Virus record (IMG/VR): IMGVR_UViG_3300020200_000031
Location: 1 to 59,768 of that record
Strand: one strand, 5' to 3'
Source of the DNA: a virus
Lineage: Duplodnaviria; Caudoviricetes
Length of the DNA: 59,768 bases
The notes under the pieces are model-generated. The model worked only from the letters and a program-made list of their open reading frames with translations, had not been told where the DNA came from and ran no database searches. Both the position numbers and the translations under genes were made by a program. Shown piece by piece: positions 8,709 through 20,200 of the stretch; the stretch's first letter is position 1; every line of letters starts with the position of its first letter.

Positions 8709-11700
8709 TCACCCGTATCGTTTAATAATGTCATCGCGGCGCGCTATAAGTGTATCTGCAAGGATTTTCGCACGAGCCGGGTCGCTGACTATTGATTGAA
8801 CTGTTTTTCTGATGTCGTCATCGGTAATAGTTCCAAGTTTCTGAGTCTGCTGTTTTAACAGATTTCGGTCCATGTTTGAAAAGTCTACATTTCCGCCCCT
8901 TTTCTGAAGCGAAGTCATTTCCGTTACAGAGTTTCCAAAAGCCACTGTGCCCCCACTCCCCTTTTTGGTGCCTTGTGCCCTGTAATCCAGCGAACCGCCA
9001 ACATCGAGACGAACAGCCCTGCCGTTATTGTCGATTTTAATGTTGTCGTTTAATGGTGCATCCCAGTTTGCCAACCATGCGTCTATTACGAAACCTTTTT
9101 GGGCCTCGGCTTTATCGCCCGCTATGTGTGGCATTCTTGTTTGAATCATTCTGGAAAGCATCACTGGTTCGCCATTGTTTGTTCCCATGTTCAGGTCGGC
9201 TGCGGGAATGCCGGCAAGGTCGTATAGTTTTCCGGCCAACACTTCAGTTTCCATGCGCTCTTGTGCTTGCGCAATGGTTTCTGAAGGTTTTTTTAGTTTG
9301 GTGTAGTACTTAGTGCCATTTGGGTCAGTCAACAAAATTGCTGGATTGGAGCCAGTGTTTTGTGGCGTGCCCTTCGACCAAGCGTCTGTATTAATGGCGC
9401 TTTTGGAAATACTTGGCGCCGTTTGGGGTGTCGGCGCGGGCGTCGTTGGCGTTGAATCGTCATCAGGGTCGGGTCTCCGTGTTGATGGTCTTCGTTTGCG
9501 TCCAACACTACGCCCTGGGGTGATAGTGGCATCTGTGCGACCTCGGTCTTCACGATTCGCCCATAGATGCCATACGGCACCAATTCGCGAGCCATCGGGT
9601 GCTTTGGCTAATCTCTCGGCCTCATCTCTTGTTACTGGAATGTGGTACACGGCAACTCCAGTTCGGTTATGAATTAAGAATGGGTTTCCGACCCCCTTGT
9701 TGGAATTGGTATCAAAGCCATCAATACCAATAATTGGTGCGAAATAACCCTCTTCTTTTTGCTTGGTAAATCTATGCAAATAATCGATTGCCCCAAGAAT
9801 TCGTTTTCTTTCATTTGATGTATCGCCGGGAATCTTGTCAAGTTCTTCGAGTCTTTCAATCAATTGGCTTACAATTTGACCGCTTCTTGACGTTTCATTG
9901 GCCAAATTTGGAATTGCTTTTCTGAACTCCACCGCCAATTCGCCCGCAGATGTTGCTGCGGCACTGTCTCTTCCGCCCATGGTTTTAGTTACGTTGACAA
10001 GTTGTGTCGTTAAATTAGCCATCTTGTCGCGTTCACGTATGAGGTCATTTCGAGTTACAATATCTGCGCTTGGCGGTATCAGTACAAGCATGGAGTGTTT
10101 GTCGGTAGGTTTGCCGCCATATTGCGTCCAATGGCCGGGATAAGCAAAATATTCACCCACACCAAAGGCCCTCATCCCCTGTCCTGGGATAAATCGTGCC
10201 GCCTCATTCGTCAAGAATTGCTCGACGAAGCCTTCGCTCTCGATTTGTTGGTGCCCGGTACCCCTTATCACGGGTTGCCAACCGGCAGCAATCAACCTGC
10301 GCACCTCATCTTCGTTGACCAATGTGGGAAGGTCGGAATAACCGTTGTTCTCCCAAAGGTCGGCCAACAGTTGGTCGAATGCCTTTTCTCTTGCCTCGTC
10401 ACTAAGGGTTTTTGTGTCCTTGAGTTCACCGTCCAACTTTGCCAAAACATCGACAAAACTTGGTTTGATTTTTATTTTGCCAGTATTGTCAATAGACACC
10501 GTTGAGGTCTCGGCCTTAATTCGACCTATATCTGCGGCCAATTCATCTGCGTCTCGTGTACGACGGAACTTAGACAACATTTTTCGCTTCATTGCACGAG
10601 TACGAAGGCGCGTTTGTTTTATTTTAAGAGCAGGGTCTTCGATGGTGAGGATACGACCCTTTCTAAACCCACCCTTTCGACGCTCCGCTCTTTGTCGCGC
10701 CCTGGCCGCACGTGCTGGGTTAACTCGTAGTAATCTTTTTCCGAGGGCCTGTTTTTTCTTTTTACCGGTTTCTTCAGGATTCAATTCACCCACGCTCGCG
10801 GCCCTTTCAAGACCGCCTGCTTGTTTGAAAATTGATGAATCTTGCCCAGGGTTTGAAAACTTTTTAGTTGCTGGGGTGCCTACTGCTTTGGAGATTTTTT
10901 TTCTTGTGCCGGTATGGAAATGTTCCAACAAAGAAAAATCATCATTTTCTTCCATGTTTAACATCGTGACTAAATCTTCAAGAAATCTTTGAATCCTACC
11001 CGACTCACTCAATTGTGGTCGCCCCAGTTTGTCGAGTACGTACTCGCCGGTTTCCGCATTTATTTGAAATTTGTTGACTTTGCCTGAAACGATGTTTTCG
11101 TCGAGCATTTGCATCATCTCTCGAGCGTCGTTTTTTGTTAGTGGGTCATCAAACGGCCTGACCTTCTGTCGTCCGCCGGTTCCCCAGGCGCGTTGTTTCA
11201 CGGCCCGCAAAGATTCTTTATCAAGACCCTCTTCGGTTGCTTTTTGCCACCATTTTTTGTATGGTCCTGTTTTAAGGTATTTGACTATTTCGGCTTTTTC
11301 GGCAGCAATTGCTTCTTTGGTTTTTGTTCGGTCTTCTTCGGACATGGATTCCCAAAGGACCCCATCACCGTCTTGTTTTTTTACACCGCCGTTTTTCAGA
11401 ATCTGACTGAAATATATATTTCTCCTGGGTTTGGGTTTTGATTTTTCTACTTCAGTTCTTGTTTCTGGAAGCGTTGTGGTTGACCCCAAGCCTCTTGGTC
11501 GACTGGCGCGTTCGGTTGTGGCTGTCGCAATTCGACTCGATGTTGGTTGGGTTACAGGGCGACGTCGTGGCGATGATGTAGATGAACTCAAACTACGCTG
11601 TTTTAGTGCCTCGTTTCTAAGGTCCATTATTGCGATGCGGTCATCTTCGTCATCAATGCGTGTTATATCGAGGTTGTCAACCATGTTCAAAATCGAATTA

Positions 11701-14021
11701 ATTTCGTCTTTTGATAATTTCTCGCCTCGTTTGAGTTTTGCAATGGCGTTAACTGCGTCATCGAGGTCACTGCCCAAATCTGGGTCATCTGTTTCGGACC
11801 TCAAGCCTCGCCCTGCTTTTTCCTCAGGTTTTGTGCGTTTGATGGTCTTTTGTGCTCTTTCCAATATTTTTTTAAATTCTTCACGTTGTTTTTTGTTTTC
11901 TTCAAGAATTTGAAGCGACTCGGAACCTATTGGCTTATTTGGGTCTGTAGATGAAGACAGGCCACGTCGTTTTTTGCCAGCCAGGGCCCGCCTCAGGAAA
12001 GAGGGGGTCGGTTTTTGTTTAGGCGAGGAAACATCCTCAATAAGTCTCTGTATTCGCCTGTCATTGTAAAAGAGGTCGTTGTTGTCCGCAACGTCGTTCA
12101 ATGATTCCAAAAGCGACGCCCGCTCTTTGTCCGAAAGGGGTTTATCGGCAGCGAATTTTTCCAGATTTCTCGCAAACTCAGGTTCGGCGGTGCCGCGCAT
12201 AGCGTCTCGCAATTCCTTGATGATGTTTTGGCGGTCATCATCGCCGGCAGATGAAGACATTCGTTTGACATCGTCAATTAACTCCGCCAACCTGTCATCG
12301 TTTTGGAACGTTTCGTTGTTCTCGGCCATGTCCTGAAGGGTTTCAAGTAGTTCAGATTGTTCGTCGCCAGAAACCGACATACCTTTGGCGATTTTTCGTA
12401 GGGCTCTTTGAAGTTCCGGTTCTTGCGCACCCTCGGCCATTTGGGTGATGTCATCAATCAGGCCACCGAATCGCGTGGCCCGTCCTCGACCGTCTAGGTA
12501 TTTTTGTCTATCTTTTGATGTTTCGCCCAATTTACCCAGAGCAGACGCAACGGTTGCCTCCAATGCGTTCACCCTGCTTGATTTGTTTCCGTCGGGGTCA
12601 AATGCGGCAATTACCTTTACGGGGTTGACATCCCGACCGGAGGCGACTCCGTTTATGTATTCGGATAAAGCATTGAGTACGTCGGACGGATACCTTTCGG
12701 TCTCGTCTTTCGCCAAATCGGAGGCCACGCCATCAACCAAGTTCTTTATCAACTTCTGTCTATTTTTGGGGTCTGCTTTCTTGAAATCATCCTGTTGCGA
12801 TAGTGCCGACAATTTTGCCGTCACCGTTGAAACCAGGTTGCCGGAATTCGACCAATCGGCGCCATCTGCTTCCCACGCCTTCCTAAGTCCACTGTCCCAG
12901 TCAGCACCGCCCGCGTTGACGGAATCCATGAAGCCAATAGCGTCTACAATGCTTTGCCTGGTGCTTGACTCCAGTCCGCGTGGTTTCTTTTTGTCAACAA
13001 ATGAGGTTCTTGAGCGGTTGGCATAATCTCGTTTTTCTAATTCCTCGATTTCTTTCTCGTCTCCGGGCGTTCTGATTCCATAGCCACCGCCACGATTTGG
13101 AAGATTCATTCCCCCATCACGACGGGCCGCGAATCTTGTTGGGTCTGGCATTTCCCGCCACGTGCCATCGAAAATCATTCCGTCGCCATCAACGTCTCTT
13201 CTTAAACGTGGGTCTAGAACACCAGAAATTACCCGTGTTGCCCTTGACAAAGTATGTCGGCGTCTTCCACCGGGCAATCCAGGCCTGCCCGACGGCACAA
13301 GTGCTCGACCGGTTCTTCCTATTGCGTAGCCCAAGCGACTCTTAACAAAAAAATCCACAATTTCTTTGGTGTTTTTACCAATTTCATCGCGTTTAACTAA
13401 CGGGAGATTTTGTTTTACAAGAATATCTTTATTGATTATTTTTACAATTTCTCCACCAAATTTACGTTCATGACCTTTTGACATTTTTTGCTGTATTGCA
13501 TAACGTTCCGCCATTTGAGATGCGCGATTGGGCTTAGGATTAAATTGTTTGGTTTCATAATTAAACGCTAATTCATTTGTCCGAACCCTGAATCCAATTT
13601 CGCTCCTTATTGCCGATTGCCGAAAATGTTTGGCCTTGTAAGAAATAGCAGTTTTTTTCTTGTTTTGTGATGAAGGAATTTTTTTATTGGTAACCGTAGG
13701 ATATTTGGAGATATTGGGATACCTGATTGATTTCACCAAAAGTTGACAATTGTTCTGTGTTGCCAAAGAACCATTGACGGCCGCAATGTCTAGGCTTCCA
13801 ATAATTATTTTCTTCATCATTCCGTCAGACAAATTTTTAAATTCACCTACAGAAATTCCGACCGGCAAATCAGACAGTCCCAGATTATTTTGATTGGCCC
13901 ATTCTGACCATTCCACACCTTTATCGCTCCAACCGTAAAATTGATTGGAATCATCAGACCTAACAACTATGCCAAAATTGATGCCTCGATGGACATTTTT
14001 AAGTATTGCGTATTTTTTCAT
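8709..14021 (-). CDS. 1770-aa polyvalent protein with ART-like domain and C-terminal HipA/PI3-4K-like kinase domain
   Basis: Kinase motifs GSNP, KYYTK, EVLAGKLY, DAWLANWD, RLDVGGSL-YRAQG; ART-like VIRG...GQGMRAFGVGEYFA; DxDxDG module; five RGLxS-type motifs. Confidence 0.75.
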   Translation of the reverse strand: MKKYAILKNVHRGINFGIVVRSDDSNQFYGWSDKGVEWSEWANQNNLGLSDLPVGISVGEFKNLSDGMMKKIIIGSLDIAAVNGSLATQNNCQLLVKSIRYPNISKYPTVTNKKIPSSQNKKKTAISYKAKHFRQSAIRSEIGFRVRTNELAFNYETKQFNPKPNRASQMAERYAIQQKMSKGHERKFGGEIVKIINKDILVKQNLPLVKRDEIGKNTKEIVDFFVKSRLGYAIGRTGRALVPSGRPGLPGGRRRHTLSRATRVISGVLDPRLRRDVDGDGMIFDGTWREMPDPTRFAARRDGGMNLPNRGGGYGIRTPGDEKEIEELEKRDYANRSRTSFVDKKKPRGLESSTRQSIVDAIGFMDSVNAGGADWDSGLRKAWEADGADWSNSGNLVSTVTAKLSALSQQDDFKKADPKNRQKLIKNLVDGVASDLAKDETERYPSDVLNALSEYINGVASGRDVNPVKVIAAFDPDGNKSSRVNALEATVASALGKLGETSKDRQKYLDGRGRATRFGGLIDDITQMAEGAQEPELQRALRKIAKGMSVSGDEQSELLETLQDMAENNETFQNDDRLAELIDDVKRMSSSAGDDDRQNIIKELRDAMRGTAEPEFARNLEKFAADKPLSDKERASLLESLNDVADNNDLFYNDRRIQRLIEDVSSPKQKPTPSFLRRALAGKKRRGLSSSTDPNKPIGSESLQILEENKKQREEFKKILERAQKTIKRTKPEEKAGRGLRSETDDPDLGSDLDDAVNAIAKLKRGEKLSKDEINSILNMVDNLDITRIDDEDDRIAIMDLRNEALKQRSLSSSTSSPRRRPVTQPTSSRIATATTERASRPRGLGSTTTLPETRTEVEKSKPKPRRNIYFSQILKNGGVKKQDGDGVLWESMSEEDRTKTKEAIAAEKAEIVKYLKTGPYKKWWQKATEEGLDKESLRAVKQRAWGTGGRQKVRPFDDPLTKNDAREMMQMLDENIVSGKVNKFQINAETGEYVLDKLGRPQLSESGRIQRFLEDLVTMLNMEENDDFSLLEHFHTGTRKKISKAVGTPATKKFSNPGQDSSIFKQAGGLERAASVGELNPEETGKKKKQALGKRLLRVNPARAARARQRAERRKGGFRKGRILTIEDPALKIKQTRLRTRAMKRKMLSKFRRTRDADELAADIGRIKAETSTVSIDNTGKIKIKPSFVDVLAKLDGELKDTKTLSDEAREKAFDQLLADLWENNGYSDLPTLVNEDEVRRLIAAGWQPVIRGTGHQQIESEGFVEQFLTNEAARFIPGQGMRAFGVGEYFAYPGHWTQYGGKPTDKHSMLVLIPPSADIVTRNDLIRERDKMANLTTQLVNVTKTMGGRDSAAATSAGELAVEFRKAIPNLANETSRSGQIVSQLIERLEELDKIPGDTSNERKRILGAIDYLHRFTKQKEEGYFAPIIGIDGFDTNSNKGVGNPFLIHNRTGVAVYHIPVTRDEAERLAKAPDGSRIGAVWHLWANREDRGRTDATITPGRSVGRKRRPSTRRPDPDDDSTPTTPAPTPQTAPSISKSAINTDAWSKGTPQNTGSNPAILLTDPNGTKYYTKLKKPSETIAQAQERMETEVLAGKLYDLAGIPAADLNMGTNNGEPVMLSRMIQTRMPHIAGDKAEAQKGFVIDAWLANWDAPLNDNIKIDNNGRAVRLDVGGSLDYRAQGTKKGSGGTVAFGNSVTEMTSLQKRGGNVDFSNMDRNLLKQQTQKLGTITDDDIRKTVQSIVSDPARAKILADTLIARRDDIIKRYG

Positions 14022-14023
14022 TA

Positions 14024-16087
14024 TTAACCGCTAACTACTTTGCTGATTGCTTCATTGCTCGCAATGAGTTGTTGTAATCTATTTTCATAGAGTTTTCCGA
14101 GAATATTTAAATGGATTTTTTCTCCAGAGGACAATCTGCTATCGTTGTAAAGTTTTGTTTTAAAATTATTAAAACTGAATTCCCTGGCGCGTTTAATAAG
14201 TGTAGCAATAAATTGCAAAGTCAGGCCGCGTTGGGTAGCGCGAAGTTTCTCGAAATACTGTTTGTAAAGTTGTAATTGAGAAACAGTAAGAAGTTTTTCG
14301 ATGTTCTCTTCGGTTCTTTGTGTAATTAAAATTTTTGACAACTCGATTAAGCCAGCGCCGTCATTTGACGTCGGAACAATTTTAATTTTGTTATTAATGT
14401 TCGCAATGTCGACAGAGCCAGGATTTCTATTTTGAACATCTGTTAACAGGTCGGAAACAAAAAGTCTTGCGGTTTCCTGCCAGGGTGCGTTGCGAAATGT
14501 CAGATTATCGTCAATTTTTCCACCACGTGAAACTATTGTTGAATCTTCTGTTAGGTATCGACGAGAGTCTCCCGCGCCAACAAACAACACATTTGGGGAT
14601 TTTAAACCTAGGTGTTGCTGTATTTCGGAAACAAATCTTTGGGAAAGGGCTTCAAATTTTTTGGGGTTTGATTTTTCAATATATTTGTCGCCATTTGGTA
14701 GGGAAACCATAGTTCGTGAGTCGGAAATTTTTTCGCGTTTTATGTTGTTTGCCTTTGCCATAGCCTGCTGCAAAATCTCGGGCGAAATTTCAACAAGAGA
14801 ACCGCCGCGTGTGATATGTGCAATGGCACTTGTCAGCGTCGTGATGTCGTCACCCAACGGAGCCGAGGATGGGCTAATTGGCGCTTTTTCCGTTGCTACT
14901 TCTTCAACGGCTTTTGGCACTGGTTTAACTTTTCGTTTACTAAAGGCCATTGTCGCCCATTTTTGGCGGCCGTCTTTTACAATTTCATTTGGATTTTTAA
15001 TCCCGACAAATTTTTCGGAATACTTTATTCCCTCGCCGGTTTCCATCGCAACCATTTTTAGACGAGCCGCAGGGTCTGAGGTGTTACTAGATTCGATTGC
15101 CGTGTTAACGGTTCGACCCAGTTTTCTTCTTTCCCCAATCGTAAGTGGACGAACTTTTTCCAGAGTTAGTTCATGGCCACCGGGGAGAACATACTTAAGA
15201 CGAATGATTCCGGTATTTGATAGTAAACCAAGTTCGTCTTTACCAATAAGGTCAGGGCTAAGCACGCTCATTATGTATGTTGCGCCCTCCATGTCCCTGC
15301 TGTCGGGAATTGTTCTTAAGACTGAGGCGGGTACGACCGGCTCCAAGACAAACCCGTCTTTACGAACCATGCGAGCCACTGATTGGTCAGTCGCACTAAG
15401 TGGCTTGACTAGTTTTTGAATTTCTGCCATTGCTTTTGCCGGATTGGCGAGCGAAACCCGCGGAATCTGTGGCGCCCTTGAAACGTCTGCCGAGAGCGGC
15501 ATTTGGCCCGCCCCAAGAGTCGTGCTGGCAATATTTCCCGATGGCATTTCTCTTGCGATTGTTCGACGAATCAATGAAATTGCGGCACCCAATGGCCCGG
15601 CAATAATGAACAACTTTTGTCCGCACGTTGAAAACTTATTATCCGTAAAACGTCCACCGTATTGAAAGCCCTCTGGGCATCGCGAGACACCGTCACCCGC
15701 GCCACGTCTCATGCCCGGAACGCCCGGAATGCCCGGAGTCAGCAACCTGGTCACCGATGAGCGGATTGGGCTTCGCACTATGCTCAGGTTTCCCGGAGTA
15801 AGAGTTGACCCGACCGCCTGAACTGCCTGAAGTACTGGATTGTTGCTACTTACAAGGCCGATTCGTTTAAATTCAAATTCGCGGTTTCGACCAGACCTTT
15901 TGATAAGGGCTTTATAGGAAATAAGTTGTGGGCTTGTCGCCCCAAAATTTTTCATAATCTGGGTTGGACTTTGGCCGTTGTTTATGAAGACGGTTCGAAT
16001 TTTTTTGATTTCCGTCGATGGGCAGCAAAGGCTCTTGTTTGTTAGTTGCTTGACTTCCGAAATTATAAATTTGTTTTTCATGGTCAT
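14024..16087 (-). CDS. ~687-aa head-associated protein with RCPxG motif and degenerate HipA/PI3K-like C-terminal domain
   Basis: ATG at 16087 overlaps the upstream TGA (ATGA). RCPEGFQYGGRFTD motif; C-terminal KYIEK...QHLGLKSP...LFVSDLLTDVQNRNPGS. Confidence 0.6.
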   Translation of the reverse strand: MTMKNKFIISEVKQLTNKSLCCPSTEIKKIRTVFINNGQSPTQIMKNFGATSPQLISYKALIKRSGRNREFEFKRIGLVSSNNPVLQAVQAVGSTLTPGNLSIVRSPIRSSVTRLLTPGIPGVPGMRRGAGDGVSRCPEGFQYGGRFTDNKFSTCGQKLFIIAGPLGAAISLIRRTIAREMPSGNIASTTLGAGQMPLSADVSRAPQIPRVSLANPAKAMAEIQKLVKPLSATDQSVARMVRKDGFVLEPVVPASVLRTIPDSRDMEGATYIMSVLSPDLIGKDELGLLSNTGIIRLKYVLPGGHELTLEKVRPLTIGERRKLGRTVNTAIESSNTSDPAARLKMVAMETGEGIKYSEKFVGIKNPNEIVKDGRQKWATMAFSKRKVKPVPKAVEEVATEKAPISPSSAPLGDDITTLTSAIAHITRGGSLVEISPEILQQAMAKANNIKREKISDSRTMVSLPNGDKYIEKSNPKKFEALSQRFVSEIQQHLGLKSPNVLFVGAGDSRRYLTEDSTIVSRGGKIDDNLTFRNAPWQETARLFVSDLLTDVQNRNPGSVDIANINNKIKIVPTSNDGAGLIELSKILITQRTEENIEKLLTVSQLQLYKQYFEKLRATQRGLTLQFIATLIKRAREFSFNNFKTKLYNDSRLSSGEKIHLNILGKLYENRLQQLIASNEAISKVVSG

Positions 16088-16743
16088 CCGCAACACTTTA
16101 CGCCAACGTAGGGGGTCACGACCGGCAACCCGAGATTGTCGGTACCCTCAATTTCCCAGTTGTTGTTGTCGTTCAAATACGAAACAAAATCTTTTTCAGC
16201 GTCGATAAATTCCTGCAAAACCTTCACGGCGTGTGTCATGTCGCCGGCGGTAACAATATTTAATTCTTCGCTTTTCTCGCGCCAAGAATCTTCCGAGAAA
16301 AATTCGTCCTTGTTTTGGGCGAATTCATCGCTTTTGCCAAGAGGTGTACCTTTCCCGACAGCCCGGGCAAGCCTTCCTGGCGCCCGAATGGCCCTGCTCA
16401 GTCTTTTGCCAAATTCAGCATTGGACCAATTTCTTTTCTTGAGTTTCCCCTTGCAATTCTTCATCCCCGGATGGTGGCAGCCCTCGTTGGGCCACAATCC
16501 GGTCGTTTCGTGGTGGAGCCACGCACAGATGTTGTTGAGTGGGTACAGTTCCGGATGGTTTGCCAAGATGATTCGGCACCTACGAAAACCCCCCGGTAGC
16601 CGCATGATAGGACGCCAATATCGCAGGAGCCTCTCGAGGTTGCCTCGTCTCGGCCCGTAACCGCGAAGGATGTCTCCCGTAATTCTTTCTTGCGGCAAAT
16701 CAAAAATGACATCTTGCGGCGCCTTGAAATAAAACTCATCCAT
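16084..16743 (-). CDS. Head-region protein with Cys/His motif (PGGFRRC...CAWLHHETTGLWP)
   Basis: ATG at 16743 overlaps the upstream stop; motif resembles one seen in actinophage head-region proteins. Confidence 0.6.
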   Translation of the reverse strand: MDEFYFKAPQDVIFDLPQERITGDILRGYGPRRGNLERLLRYWRPIMRLPGGFRRCRIILANHPELYPLNNICAWLHHETTGLWPNEGCHHPGMKNCKGKLKKRNWSNAEFGKRLSRAIRAPGRLARAVGKGTPLGKSDEFAQNKDEFFSEDSWREKSEELNIVTAGDMTHAVKVLQEFIDAEKDFVSYLNDNNNWEIEGTDNLGLPVVTPYVGVKCCG

Positions 16744-17200
16744 CTTTGGATTTTTTCTTTCTTTTTCCCTTTTTAAATTTTTGTCCAGGGGCTTCAATCC
16801 AATTTGCAATCATTTTTTGAGACCATTGACCGGTATTTTTTGCAAGAACGAAATCCATCGCCCTGTTTTCGAATTCCAAAGACTTTGCCTGTCTTTGTAA
16901 AACATCCTTGACAATTATCGCACCGGTCAAAAGTTCTTCACGAATCGGCAAGGATTTACTTACAAAAACAGAATACCAGTGAATATTTGTTTTAGACTGA
17001 TGACCGTTCCATAGGTAATCATGGAATTTAGTATTAAGAATTTTTTGCATTTGGGGATGGCTGTCAACATATTCCCAAAAACCTTCCACACTTATATCTC
17101 CCACCTTGTTTTTAACAACACAATCGGCATCAGGACAAATTGAATCGACAATAAAATATATTTTATTACTATCAGATTTTCCCACAAGTATTGACTTCAT
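16736..17200 (-). CDS. Hypothetical protein (154 aa)
   Basis: ATGA overlap with the stop of the 3209-aa gene (translational coupling). Confidence 0.65.
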   Translation of the reverse strand: MKSILVGKSDSNKIYFIVDSICPDADCVVKNKVGDISVEGFWEYVDSHPQMQKILNTKFHDYLWNGHQSKTNIHWYSVFVSKSLPIREELLTGAIIVKDVLQRQAKSLEFENRAMDFVLAKNTGQWSQKMIANWIEAPGQKFKKGKRKKKSKDG

Positions 17201-20200
17201 GCCCGTACAAACTCTTTGCGCTCATCTTGGTTTTGACTAATTCGTCGCGCGCGTCTACGGCCAATTTTATCAGATTTCTTATTTTTGGCCAATAATGGCA
17301 TTATTGCAAAAGCCAAAACAATTGGGTCTAAATCTTCTAGATTTATAGAATTCTTCACATTGGCAGATTTGATATTTAGCCCAAGTTTTTCAATTAAGGG
17401 TAAAAGAGTTTCTCGGGAAATTTCTGCCGGTAATTGCCAGTTATGTGGCATAACTTGCTCTATAGGCTTTCCGCTTACGTCATGTGTCCGGCTCATTCTG
17501 GCTCCCTCTGTCCTAATATCTGGCGCCCTGGAAAATAAAAACCAAGAAGCGAATGCCTCGGCCAATCCTTCTGTCGCTTTTGAGGCGGCATAACGAGTGG
17601 CCGCTATACGCTTCTCTATTTCCTCCGCCCGCAATGCTGAATGAAATATTTCGTCAGGGTCTCCACCCAGGTTTATCGTTTGACCCTTGCTGATTAAGCG
17701 TTTTAATAAATGTCCCATTAGCGACGGCATCCTTATTTTTGATGCGCTTTTATCTCTTACGCTGAAATCGAGTAAATGGCCGAATTCATGAATCATTGAA
17801 CCGTAGGCAATCCTTCCTGCGATTTGGCCAGTCAATTCTTCTAATTTATTTGGGTCATCATATGAGACATCATATTTTGGCAATCCCAATTTGCCAAACG
17901 CTACCGGTGTTGAACCCCCGGGGGCCAAAATTTGAACTTCCCCCCGCGCCCCAAAAGTCCCTCGACGGGGTTGATAGTGTTGACCCCAGTTCAGGGAAAC
18001 AATTTGTCTTGCGGCATCTTTAATTTCGGCGGCATTTATATCAATACGCGTTTTGTGTTTGTTGCCTTCTTTAAATCTTTGCGCTCTAAAAAATTTTACT
18101 CGAGGACCAAAGGTGCCAAAAACGCTGGTTGGTACAAAAATTTCACTGCGCCCTTCAATCCCACCATCTGTAATATTTACTGAAAAATTGTTGTCTTTTA
18201 GAAGTAGTTTCATTCCCGGTACATTCGAAAGTAGGTCATCTAGGGCCTGCACGGCTGCATAGCCCGCGAAATTGGTTGCCAACGGTCTTCCGTTTTTGTC
18301 TTTTTCTTTAAATAATGATTTAGACATCTCCACATCTATTCCATAGGTTTTTTTGAAATATTTTCGGACCTGTTTTGGCGAATAGCCAAATTTTTTCTTA
18401 AGATTTTCTGGCGCTTCAACCCTGGGAATGCCTAATTCGTCTCGTCCGTGTGGCAACTCAAGGGGTCCTTGGTCTAATTTTTCCGCGCTGCTTCTATCGC
18501 CAGGTTTGAAATTTTCCCCAAACCACGAATCTGTTGACGTGCTGCTTGCCAATCCCCTTGTACCGCTTGCCGATTTTTGCAATGATTTTTTTGGCTTTAG
18601 GTCATCAATTTCTTTGTTTGAAGCAACACTCATATTGTTGTCAGACAAAAGTTTTCTTATTGTTTCTGCCCCCGCCCAACCGATGACATCAACAAGTTCA
18701 TGCTCTTCCGATAAACCGCTGATTTTCATAGAATTCGGATACATGCCACGACTTTCCCAGTCAAGTCCTTCGTGATTCAAAAATGTAACTTTGGGTCGCT
18801 CTTCAGGACTTTCTGCAATCAGTTCCCGAATTCTTTGCCGTTCGCTTAGGCGTCCGATTAGACGTGCCCTGGCAGAAATTTCGTCGCGTAACTCTTTAAT
18901 CAATTTTTCGGAATATTGATTGTCCTTATTTTCAATAATTTTTTGCAATAGGCTAAGTTCTGATTTTGATAAATATTTTCCAAAAAAATCTTCTATGATT
19001 TTCTCATCAACTTTTCTGGTGTCGCGCTGACCGGGGTGTATCGCATCACCATCATTTTTCATATGTCGCCTTTGAAACTCAGGTTCAATACGGATTTCTT
19101 CTACGTCATTCATATCAAATCCGCCCGCCACTATTGCTTCGATGTAGAAGCGATAATCCTTATCAATGCTTGTGAGGTGTGCAAAATCGTTTGAAACACT
19201 TGCTTCTAAAAGATTTATAAATCTTTGTTGTTCAGAATCGGGAATATGCGCGTGCGTGGTTCGAAACCGGGCTAGGTATCTATTTAATATTGCCGCCTCG
19301 AGCAATTCGTCATCGGTTGCCGAACCATCGAGGCTGACGGGTGTTCGCATGCCACTAAAAGAATCACCAAAAGTCACCAACGAACGTTGTGCAGTTTCCG
19401 GTTTTAAGATTATTTCAGAGTGCCCATATTGCCTTGGAAGCGAATCGACAAGTTTCCCTTCAAAAGAATTTGGGTCGTCGATTCTCTTGTCGCCAACGCT
19501 GTCTTCGTCGCCAATAGCAATTATTTCGAGCAAATTTGGGACACTCTCTTCGATTTCTTTGATTTTTTCTGACTGTTGTTTCGCGCGGTTTTTTAGGTGT
19601 CTTTCATTAAATTTCTGTTCGTCAGGATGTTTCAAAAATCCGTGCGCGGGTCTAATCGTATTGCGCGCCTTTGAAGGGATACCCAAAAGTAATTCAATGT
19701 CTTTTCTGTCAGCGGATTCAGATGATGCCGTACTTTGTCCTCCGAACTGTCCTAATTGTCGGGGGTCATGTGTTGTCTTCCATTTTTTATCTTTTATAAA
19801 GCGGTATAATGGTGATTCGTCCGGTGAATCTCCTATCCCTTCATCTGAGATTCCGCGAATTCTAAATATTGGACGTTTATCTAATCCGTCTATATATTTT
19901 CTTACCGAATTAGCCGCAATCTTTTTAATTTCTTCTGGAGAATTGTTTCGAAGAAGTTCTAAAACTTCTGGGCTCACAGGCCTGCCGTAATTCCATTCCT
20001 CTACAATTTCGCCCGTTTTTGCTTTATCGATTGTCTTATTAATTACTTCATTGAATCGAACCTTCGCTTCTTCGTGACTCTCATATCTGGCATCATCCGG
20101 AGTAACAACACCGAAAGGGTTGTTTCTTTTTTCGACCCAATCTTTGCGTTTTTTTTGCTTCTCAGCCAATGCTTCCCCACTTGGTTTCCCAAATTTAATT

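Noticed and set aside
14490-15419. Long plus-strand ORFs antisense to head genes (also 2394-2960, 10345-10992, 19166-19990, 27763-28140, 32328-32924)
   Set aside because: Ser/Phe-rich shadows of the real minus-strand genes, with no motifs or RBS.
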